A stretch of 64,000 nucleotides of DNA, from assembly GCF_009834535.1 (NCBI RefSeq), contig NC_045696.1:115508001-115572000 (forward strand), in the 5' to 3' direction. Both the position numbers and the translations under genes were made by a program. Positions 1 through 13,469 of this stretch are shown piece by piece; position 1 is the stretch's first letter, and every line of letters starts with the position of its first letter. The stretch is from Camelus ferus (Eukaryota). Below the pieces are notes generated by a model. The model was not told the origin of the DNA and made no database searches. It saw only the letters and a program-made list of their open reading frames with translations.

Positions 1-479
1 TGTAGAGCAAGATGAAGATGAGAAGCCTTTTCCCTCTGGATGTCTGATCTTAGGAATGGAACGGATGTCCAAGATGAGAAAAACACCAAGAACTGCCAAG
101 AGATTGGACCTGGATTCTAACTGGATCAAGCCCTTAGTAGCTTTCACTGCAAGTGAGTCTCTCCTATCACCGGTGCTGAAAGATATCATAAGATGATCCT
201 TCAGTCTCTTCCATAAGAAGGAGGAAACTTGACTCCATCCTTTGAGGTTAACTATCCAGCCCAAGGGAAATGGCCAATTAGACCACAAGACTTCCCTCTG
301 TCACTTTCCACCGATCACGTGTGGATATCTTTTCCTAGTAATGTTAGGAGGTCCATAAACCACATGTGGAAATCTACACCTAGAATGGTTGTGGGTATGT
401 TTTGGAAGGTTTGGGGTTGGGGAAGGGAGTTATAATATGAGCTGTAGTGTAGAATATTATAATGTTCTAATCATTTACA

Positions 480-1150
480 TATGCTATTATAAATTGTGGC
501 AAGTGTTTTTAATATAAGATGTACAATGTGATTTTCAAAGGGGAGTGTCAGATTTAGATTAAGAGAGTCAGGGAAGTTTCTTTGAGGAAGGAGCATGTAA
601 AGTAAATTGAATTAGGGGAAGGAGCTAATTAGGTAAAGAATGAAGAAAAGAGCCTTACTGGCATCCAGCCCACTGTGGATAAGAGGCTTGAGGTGGTAAG
701 TATCCTGGGGAGAGAAGGAGGCAAGATAAAGCTGGAGAAACACAGGGACCAGATCATGCAGATCTTTGTAGATCAGGATGAAGATGAGATATTTTATCCC
801 AAATAAAATGCCCTTGCAGAATTGAATCAAACGGTTCTCATAATCAGATTTGTGATTCAAAGATTTTCCGCTGTCTTTTGGGAGGAGGACAGTTTGGTGA
901 AGGGCAAGGTTAAAACTGATGAGAAGTGAGGAGCTGTTAGAAAGCATTGCATAAATTTCAGTTTGAGATAATGGTGGCTTGCCCTGAAGCGACATATGAA
1001 AAGAAAAATACATTAATGAAAGTGTCAAGTTTTTCTGAATGTGGTAAAGACTCGGGCTTGGACATCAATTTGGTATGTGACTGGGGTGGCAGGAGGTGGG
1101 GTGGTGGAAGTGAGAAGGAACGTGCCCTCAATTGTCTCCTGGTTCCCAGC
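480..1150 (-). mobile_element. L2 LINE fragment
   Basis: Purine-rich antisense-L2 signature, e.g. gggaccagatcatgcagatctttgtag and tcagatttgtgattcaaagatt. Confidence 0.7.
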
Positions 1151-2617
1151 CTTGAGAGACTGAGAAGATGACGTTTAGATATTTTTCCAAATAGTTATTA
1201 CTTATCAGTCTCTAGGGAAGATTTGCTCTGTTTCAGTTTTATTTTTATATTTTATCTAAGCATTCTATGGAGACATATTAAAATGAATAATATTTCAGAT
1301 TTTTCTCTTCTTTTTAAACATGCAGACACTAACCCACACATTGAAACACACATTATAGAATTATCGGAACAACCCTAACACTGTTAAGAAGATTAATTTC
1401 CTTTCTTCCACCTCACATTACCATTCTAGGTATTTACACCCACTTAACTTTCTAGACGCAGGAATATCATTTAAAGTTTTCTAAAGGGCATAGAATGTTC
1501 AAGTCAATTTATGGTCTTAGAGGAATTACAAATGAAAGATAACATCAGTAAGTAAAACATGCCTTATTAGTAACTCTCATACTGTGGGGACTTATAATAG
1601 ACAAATACATAACATTTCTCTAAGTTTTGTTAGAACAGAGCAGGAATAATTTGTAACAATAATCTAGTAAGGCTTTTATTAAGTTTGGCAACATTTAAAT
1701 CCAAAATTTAAGGAAAGGTTTCTCTTTAAATGAAAGTAAATATTTTGATATGCTTTGCATATTGAGTGTGATTGTTACTTGAAAAGGGGACATTTCTGGA
1801 TTTTATCACTCAAGCAAATAAATTTGATGGATGTGAAGGAAGCCAAACATATCCCTTCATAGCCTTGTCTTATTGTATAGATATATACCTTCCTCATTTT
1901 AAAATCAGCTCTACCAAAAACTGAGTAACAAAGCTACTTGGAAAATCATAAGTACCTAATGAGTCAAGGTATCGTTCAGTGACCCATAGCAGAACAACAC
2001 ACGGGGGCTACCATTACATATGCTCAAATAGGATCAAATTCACTCTTCCATGGAAGTTTTATGGGGACATGACCTGCTATACATGAGGAAACACAATCAT
2101 GGAGGGACCTGTAGTGGAAATGTATCTTCTCCCCTGTACAAATTGGAAGTGTGATTTTCATGTTAGCAATTTCTTTTCATCACAGGATAATTAAAAAACA
2201 TGTCTCAAGACAGTAATCAAAATAATCCATTATGATATATGCCACAGTAACAAATTTGTCCTGAAAGTGTAATGGTGCAAATAACAAAGATGTATGTCGT
2301 TCACACGACATCATGTCCAACATATGTTACTAGGAGTCTCAAACCACGTAGTCACGCAATGACCACATGTTACCTATATGACAGAAACCCCACCGTCTCA
2401 ACATGAATCCCACATTTAAAAAGCTGGAGGGCTGCACACAGGCTCTTAAGTCCTTAACAGTAAGAATATTAAATATCGATTTTGAGAATTATAAAGATAC
2501 TTATTAGAAGTGATTTTATAGCCATAAAATGTTTATTATTAAGAAAAAATAATCACAAAAGAAGCTAGAAAAATATCGCATACATTTTTACTAAAGATCC
2601 ATTTAAAAATTAACTTG

Positions 2618-3570
2618 GAGAGATTTACTTCTGGAATGGAGGTGTAAGCAGCTCTACAGATCTGCTACCCAGTAAAATACTCATCACTGATGAAAATTAT
2701 TTTTTAAATATTTCAAGTCTCTTGAAATTGTCCTAAAGGCATACAACAAATGAGGAAATACTGATTCAAGAAAATCTACTAAATCTCAGGAATAACAATG
2801 AGTCTGTGGCACTTAAGCCACAATAAAATTCCTTTCTTTCCCAGATTAGTGTAATGGAAGTTCTGTTCTGAGCACTGTGACCGAAAACAGAACTTCCTTT
2901 CCTGTCAGCTCCAAGACAAGGAGTTTGGCATCTCACTGGGAGGGGCGGGCCAACATTTCTCATGCCCTTTAGCTCAGGTGCACAGGCTAAATTCCTGGCG
3001 AGTGCAGACAAGAGGTTTGGAGTTCACTTCCTGCACCCAAACATGGTTCATAGGGTGGAGGCTCTACCTGAATCATGGCAGGATGAAGATGCTGAGGCCC
3101 TAAATGCTCTCACTCTAGTTTGCTGGTAGAACAGAGATTCCACGTCAGAAGAAGCAGCCTAAGGAGACAAGAGGCCAATACCCACACCCTGCTCCACGGT
3201 GTCACTTCCACCCCCGGCTCTGAAGCAGCGGCTCAGAATTCTTGGACAGAGGAAGGACAAAACATTAAGAACAGAGAGCTTAAAGACTCTCTTGAAAGGA
3301 ATTGACCATATTTGAAACAAAATATAGGGAAGTCAAGCCCAGGAACACCTCAAAAACAATGGAGATTGTGGTGTGAGCAATTAAGCAAAACACTGATAGC
3401 TCTATAAAGGCAAGAAACTAAATTGTATGTCAGGTGGTTGACCAGAGAGAATCAGGGGAAGAGATACCTAAAAGTAAACTTTGAAGGGTCAGAATAAACC
3501 TTAAAAGACTGACCTGAAAAAATGACCCCTGCAAAGGGGCCTTACTTAACTGTATCAGACTGTGGAGCTG
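2618..3570 (+). mobile_element. Old L1 5' end (L1MD/L1M4-type 5'UTR)
   Basis: aagtctcttgaaattgtcctaaaggcatacaacaaatgaggaaatactgattcaagaaaatctactaaa resembles recalled L1MD-type 5' ends; left flank contains TT/AAAA. Confidence 0.65.
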
Positions 3571-3579
3571 GCCTTACTG

Positions 3580-3708
3580 CCGTGATTATTTCATAATGTA
3601 TAAAAATATTGAATCACCACGTTTCACACCTATTCACTATATTCACTAATATAATATTATATGGTAATTATAACTCAGTTTGGAAAAAGAAAAAAAAACA
3701 GAAAAAGA
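3580..3708 (+). mobile_element. Short L1 3' terminus with A-tail
   Basis: gtgattatttcataatgtataaaaatattgaatcac...ataactcag followed by an A-rich tail. Confidence 0.6.
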
Positions 3709-4514
3709 AATACTTAGGTTGGTGCAAAAGGCCTGGGGGTGGGGTGTTCCATGAAGGAGAACATTGTCTTCTCAGTGCCTAAAAGATGGTTCACTTAAAG
3801 CTGGCCCTCAAAATAGGATCAAAACTTTGAGGAGAGTATCAAAGAACATGAGTTTTAAATCTAATCTTACCTCCGTGTTCCTGGACTATCACGTTAAAAC
3901 CTCTGTTTTTCTACTCCTCTAGAATTTGTATTTAACTTTTAAACCTAAATAAGATTATATTGATAAGGTACTTTGTCAATAAAATTACTGCTAGAATGCA
4001 TGAATTTATGAAATGCCCTAAGTCACACTGTGTTTATAGAGATTTAGCTGTTGACCAACTGGGGACCTAAGGTAATAGCTTATTGGGCTAAAGAGAGTCA
4101 TTGGAAGTCTAAACTGGCCAGATGAGTTATTTCTTCCCTGGGCATCTACTAGGCACCTGGCTTTGAGTCATAGTTAAATACCATTTCTCAAATAATTGAA
4201 ATCCATCTGACCTTGAACCTAATCTCCTTCCCAAACTGAAGGTATTTTTAGAACACATTATAAAGAACAAGAAATCTGTTATTTTTAAAATGATGGAACA
4301 AGACATATTTTGGAAGAGTCCTTATGTTCTTGAAGGAGGAAAATATTGCCTTATCACTTAATTAAGAGCTGAGATTATTTATCCTTTGTTGGTTCTTAGC
4401 TAAACGCCACCACTGAGCTGAAAAGACTCTGCCCCAAAATAACTGTCTCAAACAAAATGGGAAAATCCTCACTGTTGTAAAGAATGGTGTAAAGTTGTAT
4501 TTCAACATTTAAAA

Positions 4515-5320
4515 ACCTTTTTATTTTGTGATATTTTCAGAATTGCTGAAGAGAAGCCCTTTCATCCTGGCTCTCCTAATGTTAACGTTTTATGCAACCT
4601 ACTATATTTATCCCGACTAGGAAATTAGCATTTGTTGCACTGCCATTGTTAACTCAACCACAGACCTTTTCTTCCTATTGCATCCTGTCTCAGGATCTAA
4701 CCCAGTGTCTCACACTGCATTGAGTTTTCATGTCACCTTAGTCTCCTCCAATCATGACACTTCTTCACTTTTCCCTTGTCTTTCATGACTTTGAGACTTT
4801 GGAAGAGTATGGAATGGTCATTCTGCACAATGTCTGTTGTAGATTTGTCTGGTGTTTTCTCATGACTGCACTGCATTTATGTATTATTGAGAAGAAAACC
4901 ACAGGGGTGACGTGCTTTTCTCAGTGTATTGTATCAAGCGTACACTAGGTCGAAATGTTTCGTTGTGGATAACATTAACCTTTATCCTTAAAGTGATGTC
5001 TTCCCGTTTCTCCACTGTAAAGTTACTTTTCCCTTTGCAGTTTATAAATAATTAGTTTGGAGTAGATGCTTTGAGACTATGCAAATACCTTGTTCTTCTC
5101 AAACTCTGTACACCAATTTCAGGGTCTATCAGTGGTTCCTGCCCACAGCAACTTTTACTGGGTGTTCTAATGGGAACTTTCTGTTTCACCATTGCTTCTA
5201 CATTTATTTATTTGTTTTCATCAGTACGGACTCAAGGATATTTATTTTATTCTTAGGATTATATTGTAATACTATCATTTTTTTTTGGCTAAAATTGTTC
5301 CAGCTAGCCACTAGTTGTTT
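4515..5320 (-). mobile_element. L1MC4/5-like 3'UTR fragment
   Basis: caggatctaacccagtgtctcacactgcattgagttttcatgtcaccttagtctcctcc and gagactatgcaaatacctt motifs. Confidence 0.75.
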
Positions 5321-5371
5321 TGATTTTTGTTATCATCGTTTTAAATAAAACGTATTCTTTAGAATAGATAG

Positions 5372-5381
5372 ATTTATTTAC

Positions 5382-5432
<51 letters not shown>

Positions 5433-5435
5433 TTT
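5372..5435. repeat. (ATTT)n microsatellite
   Basis: Directly visible tetranucleotide run. Confidence 0.95.
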
Positions 5436-5584
5436 TTGCAGGCAGAAATCACATTTTTAATTGTTACATTTCAACTCTACTTATTAAAGCTGTAGTTATC
5501 AAACTGAGCCAAGATATGGGTTTGAACTTTCTAAGTGTAATTAAGCATGAGCATATGGAAAAATGCTCACATTTATGGAATTTC

Positions 5585-6525
5585 TATTGCAGTAAAAAAA
5601 GAAAAAAAAATTAACCTCTTAACCATTTTTAAGTGCATAGTACAATAGTGTTAATGAGATGCACATTGTTGTACAACAAATCTCTAGAGATTTTTTTTTC
5701 TAATCTGGCAAAATTGAAACGCTATACCCATTGAAGAACTCCCCATTTCTCTCTTCCTTCCAGCCCTGATAACCGTGTTCTGCTTTGTTTCTATGAATTT
5801 GACTATTTTAGGTATTTCCTATATGTGCAATCATGTAGTATTTATATTCCATTGCCTATATATTTTTTTCTTTATTTATTCATTCATCGATGGACACTTA
5901 GGCTGTTTCCAACTCTTGGCTATTGTGAGTAATGCTGCAATGCACATGGGTGTGTAGTTGTCTCTTTGAGATCCTGCTTCCAATTTTTTGGACACTTACC
6001 AAGAAGTGAGATTGCTGGATCACATGATGATTCTTTTTTTTTTTTGAGGAAATTTCATATTGTTTTCCATAATGGATGCACCATTTTACATTCCTACTTA
6101 CAGTGCACAAAGATTCCAATTTTTGCACATCCTTGTCAGCATTTGTTACTTTCTGTTTGTTTTGATAGTGGCCATTTACTGGGTGTGAGGTGATGGATCA
6201 TGTGACTTTGATTTGCATTTCCCTGATGATTAGTGATGTTGAGCATCTTTTCATTTGTTGGCCATTTGTAATAATTTCTTTGGAGAAATTTCTATTCAAG
6301 TCCTTTGCCCATTTTACATTGAGTTGTTTTACTGTTGTTAAGCTGTAGGAGTTATTCATGTAGTTTGGATGGTAAACCCTTGTTGGATATACGATTTGCA
6401 AACATTTTCTCCCATTCATATGTAGATTGACTTCACTCTTGATTATTTCCTTTGCTGCATAGAAGTTTTTAGATTTGATGTAGTCTGAGTTGACTATTTT
6501 TTGCCTTTGTTGCCTGTAATTGCAG
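5585..6525 (-). mobile_element. L1MB-like 3' end including ORF2 C-terminal relic
   Basis: Minus-strand ORFs contain MKRCSTSLIIREMQIK (L1 ORF2 C-terminus); gatggacacttaggctgtttccaactcttggctattgtg motif. Confidence 0.9.
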
Positions 6526-6986
6526 ACCTTTAACATTTTTTCAAGTTTTATTTACTCTAAATAAACTAACTCTTATTGCTAGCTAATTCAAGAAGCTCAG
6601 AAAAACAATTTTGATCAATTTTGTTGCCAACTAAGAACTTTTATTAAAGCTATAATAAGTTGCTGAATGCACCTTGATTAACATAGCAACTGATATGTTT
6701 TAGGTGATTTAAAGGCATCTTTTGAGCTATATACTAAAAATTGTGCTTTTGCTATGAGTAAGCTATCCAATATTTAATAAAGCATCTCTTAATTTTAAAT
6801 ATTTTTACACAAATTTTAAACTGGGGTTATTTATTCTTTCTGACCTTCCGTTTCCTAGAGGATGCTAATTCTCTTTTTGCCTTATTCTCTTTTCACCTAT
6901 TGCTAGTTTTGAATACTAAAGACGAAACTGATGTGAAATATCTGGTACATAGCAGGCTTTCAATAAATGTTAGTTTTTCCCCCTGG

Positions 6987-7210
6987 TTTTTTTTTTTTTT
7001 TTTTTTTTGAAGTACAGTCAGTTACAATGTGTCAGTTTCTGGTGTACAGCACAATGTCCCAGTCATGCAGATACACACATATATTTGTTTTCATATTCTC
7101 TTTCATTAAAGGTTATTACGCGATATTATAGTTCCCTGTGCTATACAGAAGAAAAAAATTTTAATCTATTTATATATATAGTGGCTAACATTTGCAAATC
7201 TCAAACCCTC
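6987..7210 (-). mobile_element. Young lineage L1 3' end (camelid-type), 5'-truncated
   Basis: Poly-T followed by gaagtacagtcagttacaatgtgtcagtttctggtgtacagc; homologous to copies at 18852, 35270, 39830 and 50126. Confidence 0.85.
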
Positions 7211-7602
7211 TATTTTAAAATGGCTAAATTTAATCCACCAGAAGTGTAATGATGAAAATTTTCGATTTTGTGGCAACTTTGTGGAGAAGTTATTTTTAAG
7301 ATATTTCATTTCTCATCATTCATTGACAAGTTCACTCAGATAGATCTGAGTATCTTTTATATAAAAATATAATATTCATTCTCAAAATAAGATCACTTTA
7401 TTGCTTTGAAAACATGCAGAAATGACTATAATATAGCTTTATAAATGTATACTAAAGCAATGAGGTTAGTGTATAGGACAGAGAAATTTTCACAGAGATA
7501 TTGAACCACAAGAAAACAAAACTGTCCTCTTTGAACTTGAAAATAAACATTTTATATATTAATGCATAGGCTTTTAAAATCACCTTAAAGAGACTGGCTC
7601 CC

Positions 7603-7790
7603 AGGTCAGTGACCCTAAAAGCAATGCAGAGGAAGGTGTAAACACGGCTGGGGAGAGACGGTGTTGATCACCTATGGAAATGAGGAACATGACAATTCAG
7701 AGAGGTCATTGGCAGAGCCCCTGAAAACCCCACCCAAGGAGAGCCATTGAACACGTGGACTGTGACTTCCTGTTGTGAGAAGGATGACTC
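7603..7790. promoter_or_regulatory. Candidate enhancer with IR-1 nuclear receptor element, KLF, E-box and ETS motifs
   Basis: AGGTCAgTGACCC 7603-7615; CCCCACCC 7728-7735; CACGTG 7752-7757; ACTTCCTG 7765-7772; sequence appears non-repetitive. Confidence 0.35.
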
Positions 7791-9159
7791 CGGCTGAGTT
7801 GACATGGTGACATTCATAGGTGCCATTAAACTCATGAATGTGCTCACACCGGGTTCCAATCTCACACTGCGTAGACCACCTTCTGATTATAAGCTGGCTC
7901 CCCAGGTATCCTGCTACAGGAATAACATGTGCTGAATTGAATAAGAAGTTTCCTTCAAAGGAAAAAAAAAAGATTTTGGCATTCAAAATTTATTTATTAG
8001 TCTTATGAGTTGTTTAATGTGAATCTGCTCTTAAGATGGTCTTGAAATGCCAAGAAATGGGACTTCTAATTTCTCAAAGTCTAAAGAAATTTTCATAAAA
8101 ATTCACTGAAGTAAAGCTATTCTTTGAAGTCTCTGGGATGATTTTCTTGAAGAGCTAGACCGGGAGGCAATGTTTTTCAGACAGAAGGAGTTGATGGACA
8201 GTTTGAGACATGTTCAGGGTGTGCTGGCATGACTCGGGGAAAGATTTTGAGAGTTTAATTATACTGAGGTGGGATGGGGAAGGAGGAGTCAGGGCTGGAA
8301 AGGTACACTGGGGCCAGAGAATAAATGTACTTGCCTTTCAGGCAAAGCACTATGGACAATAAGGGACTTTTCCAAGGAAGATTATGCTGAGAGATGATAC
8401 AACCAATGTTTCAGTCATCTACTGCTGGATAACAACAGCGTTAAAGTGTATTGGCTTTAAACAACAATCATAAATCCTGGGAGATGTGATGCACTGAGAC
8501 CATCCAAGTCTACCCTGTGACCAGTCCTCTGGTTTGGAAAGAAATCTGGTGATGGGAAGGAGAGATCAGAAAGAGAGAGAGACCTGAGAATGCAAGAACA
8601 ATGAAAAGACAAGTGGCATAGACAGGAATCTGCATAAAAATTCTAAATCTGGACTGACATCTACAGTCCTCAGAAAATCTAATGAGATGAGGAAGGCAAT
8701 AATAGGAGTATATTTTTTAGACCCATAATGATCAAGTCTCTCCCCTTCTCTATCCTTTAGAAGGGGATCAGGATTCCAAAGAGAGTTGGATAAAATTGAA
8801 CAATATATTTTGCATAAGGAACCTTAAAATTTTTCCAAAATACTATGAGCTTTGCTTATAGTCTGTTTGTTACCTTGTTGCACGTTTGCTGCCTTTCTGT
8901 CCCTCTCCATAGTCCTCCTCACCCCCACCTGAGCTGAGAGAGTACATACTTGATCTCAAGTCTGAGAAACTCTTAAAGAAGACAGAAGGTGTGAGGAATG
9001 GTCACAATGCTATTTTCTTCAACACGTTCACAGCCGGTGTTATCTGTGAATCTTCCTTAGTAATCAAGCACTAGTCTAGGTGAAAAGAAATGTATAGTCT
9101 TGTAAAGCTTTTTGTAAAATTTCTCTTAAGTCATATGAGCGAGCGGAAAGTACTCAGGA

Positions 9160-9290
9160 TTTAACAAATTCAAACCCAGCTCTGCTTCTAAGAAGCTTGG
9201 TGATTTGTGGACAGTTACCAAGCCTCTCTTTATCCACAGAATAAATGCACTGGACTTGATATTTTAAATCTCTTCCAGCTCTTATATTAT
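9160..9290 (+). mobile_element. MIR SINE
   Basis: ttcaaacccagctctgcttc core, ending ...aaatctcttccagctct. Confidence 0.6.
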
Positions 9291-9804
9291 ATCTTTTATA
9301 AGCATTGACACTCCTTGGAAACTTAAGTAATATCTTCCCCATATGTTCATTTCATGTACTTTGATTCATTTTCCTTCTAAAATAGGGTACTTGTCTTGTT
9401 GGGATTAGAATCAACAAAATCCAGATTTCACAGGCTAATGGAGCCAGAAACCAGAAATCAGGAAGGACTGAAAATCTCATAAGATGCTCAGATTTATACT
9501 AAAGATGCTGTGGTTACCCACAGTCAGGGAAGGTTTTGGATGAATTACCCAAGGGACCAATACATACAGGATTTGGAATTTCTGCTATAATTCTAAATAA
9601 ATTTTCCATAATAAATTTGTTGCATTAAAGAATGGTAACCGTCTGCCTCTTGTCATCTGTAGTACTTTACAGTGTTACTTGTTTTAGAAGTTTAAAATTT
9701 ATCTTATTTATATTCACATATTTAGGAAGAAGAACAAGAGATTTTGATATAGGCATGGGTAGAACCAAGTTTTGACATGGATGGAGCACAAGGTGTGTGA
9801 TTGA

Positions 9805-11330
9805 TGTATTCACATACATTCCTTTATTCATCCCAATTTTTGAATGTTTACTGTGATCCAGGTAATGTGATAATTGCAATGAATAGAGAGATAATTAAGT
9901 ATCTGCCTTCACAGTATTAACATTTTAGGAGAAGGTATAGCATTTGCAAAATAATGTCATACATATAGCAGGTATTATGGGGCACTTAGAGAGAGAACAT
10001 GGTTGGGACATGGTATGTTGAGAGAGCTTCTTGGAGAAGCTACATGCTAGTTGAGACAAATTGTGGGTGATGGAATGTCCCAGGCAGAGGGGAGATCCTA
10101 ACAGTTCAAAGACTGAGGAGATGATGCTAAGGAAGTGGATAGATTTCAGCCTAACCGGAATGTAGAGTATAGTGTGGAAAGGGGTGTAAAGGGATTCAAA
10201 ATTCGGCTGCAGGTGTCAGCAAGGGAGACCCCGAAGGATACAATTAGCCATGAGAAAGGCATCTGACAGTATTCTAAAGGCAATGACAAGCCACTGGACA
10301 TACTGAGATGGTCACTGACATGATTTAGAACATTTACTATGGCTGAAGTGTAGAATGGAAATGGAACATTACTGGAAAGTCACAGGCAACATACTTAGAA
10401 AGGATGGCATATAACAAATTGAGGTGGTAGAAAATAGAGGGTGGCACTCAAGACAAGTGAAAGAATTGGAGTTATAAGTCAACAGGTCTTGATGATGGAT
10501 TTGACGTGGAAAGAAATAGAAAGTTACCAGGTTTGACGCCCAGTTTCTTATCTTAAGTACCTGTGTTGGTGGTAGTTGGATGAGCTATGGATCCCAGAAA
10601 AAGGAGCAAATGGGGACTGACAGAGGAGAAGAGGGGTCCATTTTAGAAGCACTGTCTCTTTGGAGTTCATGTGACCTCTGAGTGGAAATGTCCAGTAGGC
10701 GGTTGGATGTGGTAGTTTTAGAACTCAGGAGAAAGGCTGGAGATGAAGGAATAAAGTAGTAAGTCACCAACATAAACACAATAATAAGGATAATACATGC
10801 TTATTTAGAACTTACTATACCCAATCACTTTAATAACTATTTAAATATTTTAAATATTTATATTAATATAAGTATAATAATTTATATTAATTAAAACCTT
10901 ATATAAATCAAATAACCCTTTGATGTAGATACTATTGTTATTCCCATTGAACAGATGAGAAGACAAAGGCATGGAGAGTGATGGAGCTAGGACAGAATCC
11001 AGACAGCTGGCCCGAGAGTCCACACCCCTCAGCACCAAGGTAATTGAAGCCACTGGAGGGTGGATGGATGACCCAAGGGAAATATGTAGAGTGACAACAG
11101 AAGCAACCTCAGAGAGGACTTGGGGTTCTTCAGTATCATCAATATTTCAGAGACCGGAAGAAAAGAAAAATATGCAAAAGACATTTAGAAAGAAGGCGAT
11201 AGAGGAAGGGCAAGATTGTATTATCATAACGTAGAAGGAAAAGTCATGAGGAGCAGTCAGTGCCGTCACATTCTGCTCAGAAGTCTGTGAAGGTTAGCCC
11301 TAAAATGTGCTCACTGGACTTGAAACATAA
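9805..11330 (-). mobile_element. L2 fragment interrupted by a minus-strand MIR (~10785-11030)
   Basis: Starts with antisense L2 tail (attcatcc...gaatgtttactgtgatccagg); gagtggaaatgtccagtaggcggttggatgtgg; MIR core ttattcccattgaacagatgagaagac. Confidence 0.75.
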
Positions 11331-11394
11331 TGAGCACAAGTGGAACTGCCTCCTTCGCCACATTGTGCTGAAGGGGTCGCTCTTGCTCTGGGAT

Positions 11395-11585
11395 CTAGTG
11401 ATTGTCCGCCTGGGTTTTGTGCCTCAGAATTATTTGCATCATTTTGAGATGCAGATGCCTGTATCCCCAACCCAGACCCAAAGACCTGGAAACTTTTGAG
11501 GTTGAGAGGAGCACACACACACACACACACACTTAAAGCCCCGCAGGAGATTTTGATGCCCATCCAAAGTTCATCAGCAGCACTT
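11395..11585. mobile_element. MER5-like hAT MITE containing (CA)n at 11512-11532
   Basis: cagaattat...atgcagatgcctg...cccaacccagaccc...gcaggagattttgatgccc...aaagtt. Confidence 0.5.
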
Positions 11586-13094
11586 TTACTCACTGGGGGC
11601 TCACTGACCACGTGGGGGCAGTGACTTGATACATCCGTGTTCTAGAAAGATTTCTTTGATGACTCTGTACCAGCATGGGGGAGGAATAGGGGCCAAACAA
11701 CAGCAAAGAAGAGACCAAGATAGTCCCATATTTTGGGTAAGCACCGAAACCTGGGCTGATTGTTGTAACTACTCTTTGAATTTCTCATACTTTTCACTTT
11801 CTTGAGGCAGATTCTACCATGTAGACCTAGTCCCCGAAACACTGGAGTATTTGCAATACGAAAAAACATTTCACGGTGAGTTTTCAATGACTCGGTTTGG
11901 CAGCTATGAAGTTCAATGGTCTGAGACATGGTTGGAAATCAAGGGCTTCCCTCGACTATGCTGTTTAGTTAGAAATGTGCAAAGTTTTTTTCTCTATGGC
12001 TTAGAAACCATACTTTGATATGTCTGTGATTCTAAAAGCATTGGGGGGGAGGGGTTCCAATGGAAAGGGTTGGGTTTTATTTATTTATTTGAAAGAATTA
12101 CAAAGAATCGAGGGAGAAAGGCATTGTTTTCCTTCCTGTCTGCTGCTTTGCAAAAAGCCTTAATTGAGCACAGCTGTGATATGGCATTGACCTACAACAG
12201 GAAATGAGTGTTTCGATAATCCTCCATTTTCCAAAGCGCTTCTTAAATGTCGTGGGGGAAATACTAACAACAATGCCTTTTGAGATTAAACGCGAAGGGC
12301 TGGCTCTAACTCACCGAACTATTTCAGAAGACCCCCATTTTCAAAAAGATTCTGAAAGCGATCCCTTTTCTCTAAGCTGCCAGGACACAACCAACATCAA
12401 AATAAAAAGTGAAGAAAAAGAAGAAAAAAGATGTGAGTGGACAAAATAGGGGAAAAGGCTGTGGTTCCAAGCAGAATTTTTCTTCCCTGCATTGTGGCTG
12501 CCAAGTACAATTTCATAGTTTTTGATTTAGGAGTAATCTTCTCTAGATCATTTCTTCAGTGGGATTGTGGCCAGGGATGCAGTGCTGGGCTCTTGGACGG
12601 GGTTCTTAAGCACTCTGCAATGATGCAGTTCGGGAAGAGCTTTTTTTTTTTTTTTTTAAGACTTTCAAGGTCAACAAAGTTTAAGGCTAATAGCAGCCCT
12701 ATGTCACACACACCCTTTCCCACCACCGCCCCTAGTTTGTCCCATGATTTATTTGGATTCCTGACAGATAACTCTGGCCCCGTGGCCTTGTAGCTGGCAG
12801 CATAGGACAAAGCTTGCTGTAGATCATTTGACTGCAACGTCTTTGGTCATAGATTCTTGAGTTTGGGTGAGCTGCAAAGTGTGCTCAAAATTGCAATATG
12901 TGTGTGTCCTATTTTTCAAACAGGCTTCACTGACAAGAGAAAATTATGACCATTTTCATCCTGTTTTTTCTTAGGAAATTCACCAGTGATTGAGTTCAGC
13001 TTGGAAAGCATTGGTTGAGTACTTAGGACAGCCCTAAGCATTACGCTGTGTGTTGGTAACACACAGATCTACCTCCAAGAGGTAATGGTTCAAC

Positions 13095-13265
13095 TCAAGA
13101 GCCTGCAAACTTTTCTATATATGGTCAAGATGTCAAAATTGTAGGCTTTGTGGGCCACATACAGTCTCTGCCACATGTTCTTCTTTCTTATCGTTTTACA
13201 GGCATTTAAATGTAAAATCCGTGCTAGGATCATGGAGCATGCAAAAAAAAAAAAATAGATCCCTG
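13095..13265 (+). mobile_element. MER58B-like hAT MITE
   Basis: gcaaacttttctata...taggctttgtgggccacatacagtctctgccacatgttcttct. Confidence 0.75.
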
Positions 13266-13469
13266 GTTTAATAGAGTGATAAATAATACAAAAAGGATAG
13301 TTTCACACATGGAAAAACCATAGTTTGGGCCATAAGAAATTACTAATTGTTAGCCATTTGTCAATGGCAATATCATATGATCCAACCTATGTAAGTCCAA
13401 CCTACTGTGCAATTAAATTCAATTTCATGTGATCCAGCTGATGTAAGTCCAACCTATATTAAGTTACAA

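Noticed and set aside
53..158. Apparent exon ending in GTGAGT
   Set aside because: It overlaps a MIR-like relic and has no supporting partner exon.
3714..3730. TTAGGTTGGTGCAAAAG, identical to the start of the Hsmar1/MADE1 terminal inverted repeat
   Set aside because: Only 17 bp, with no partner repeat or continuation; Hsmar1 is a primate element, so chance is likely.
13368..13456. Spaced direct repeats as a CRISPR-like array
   Set aside because: Only two units, in a eukaryotic context, with no cas genes.
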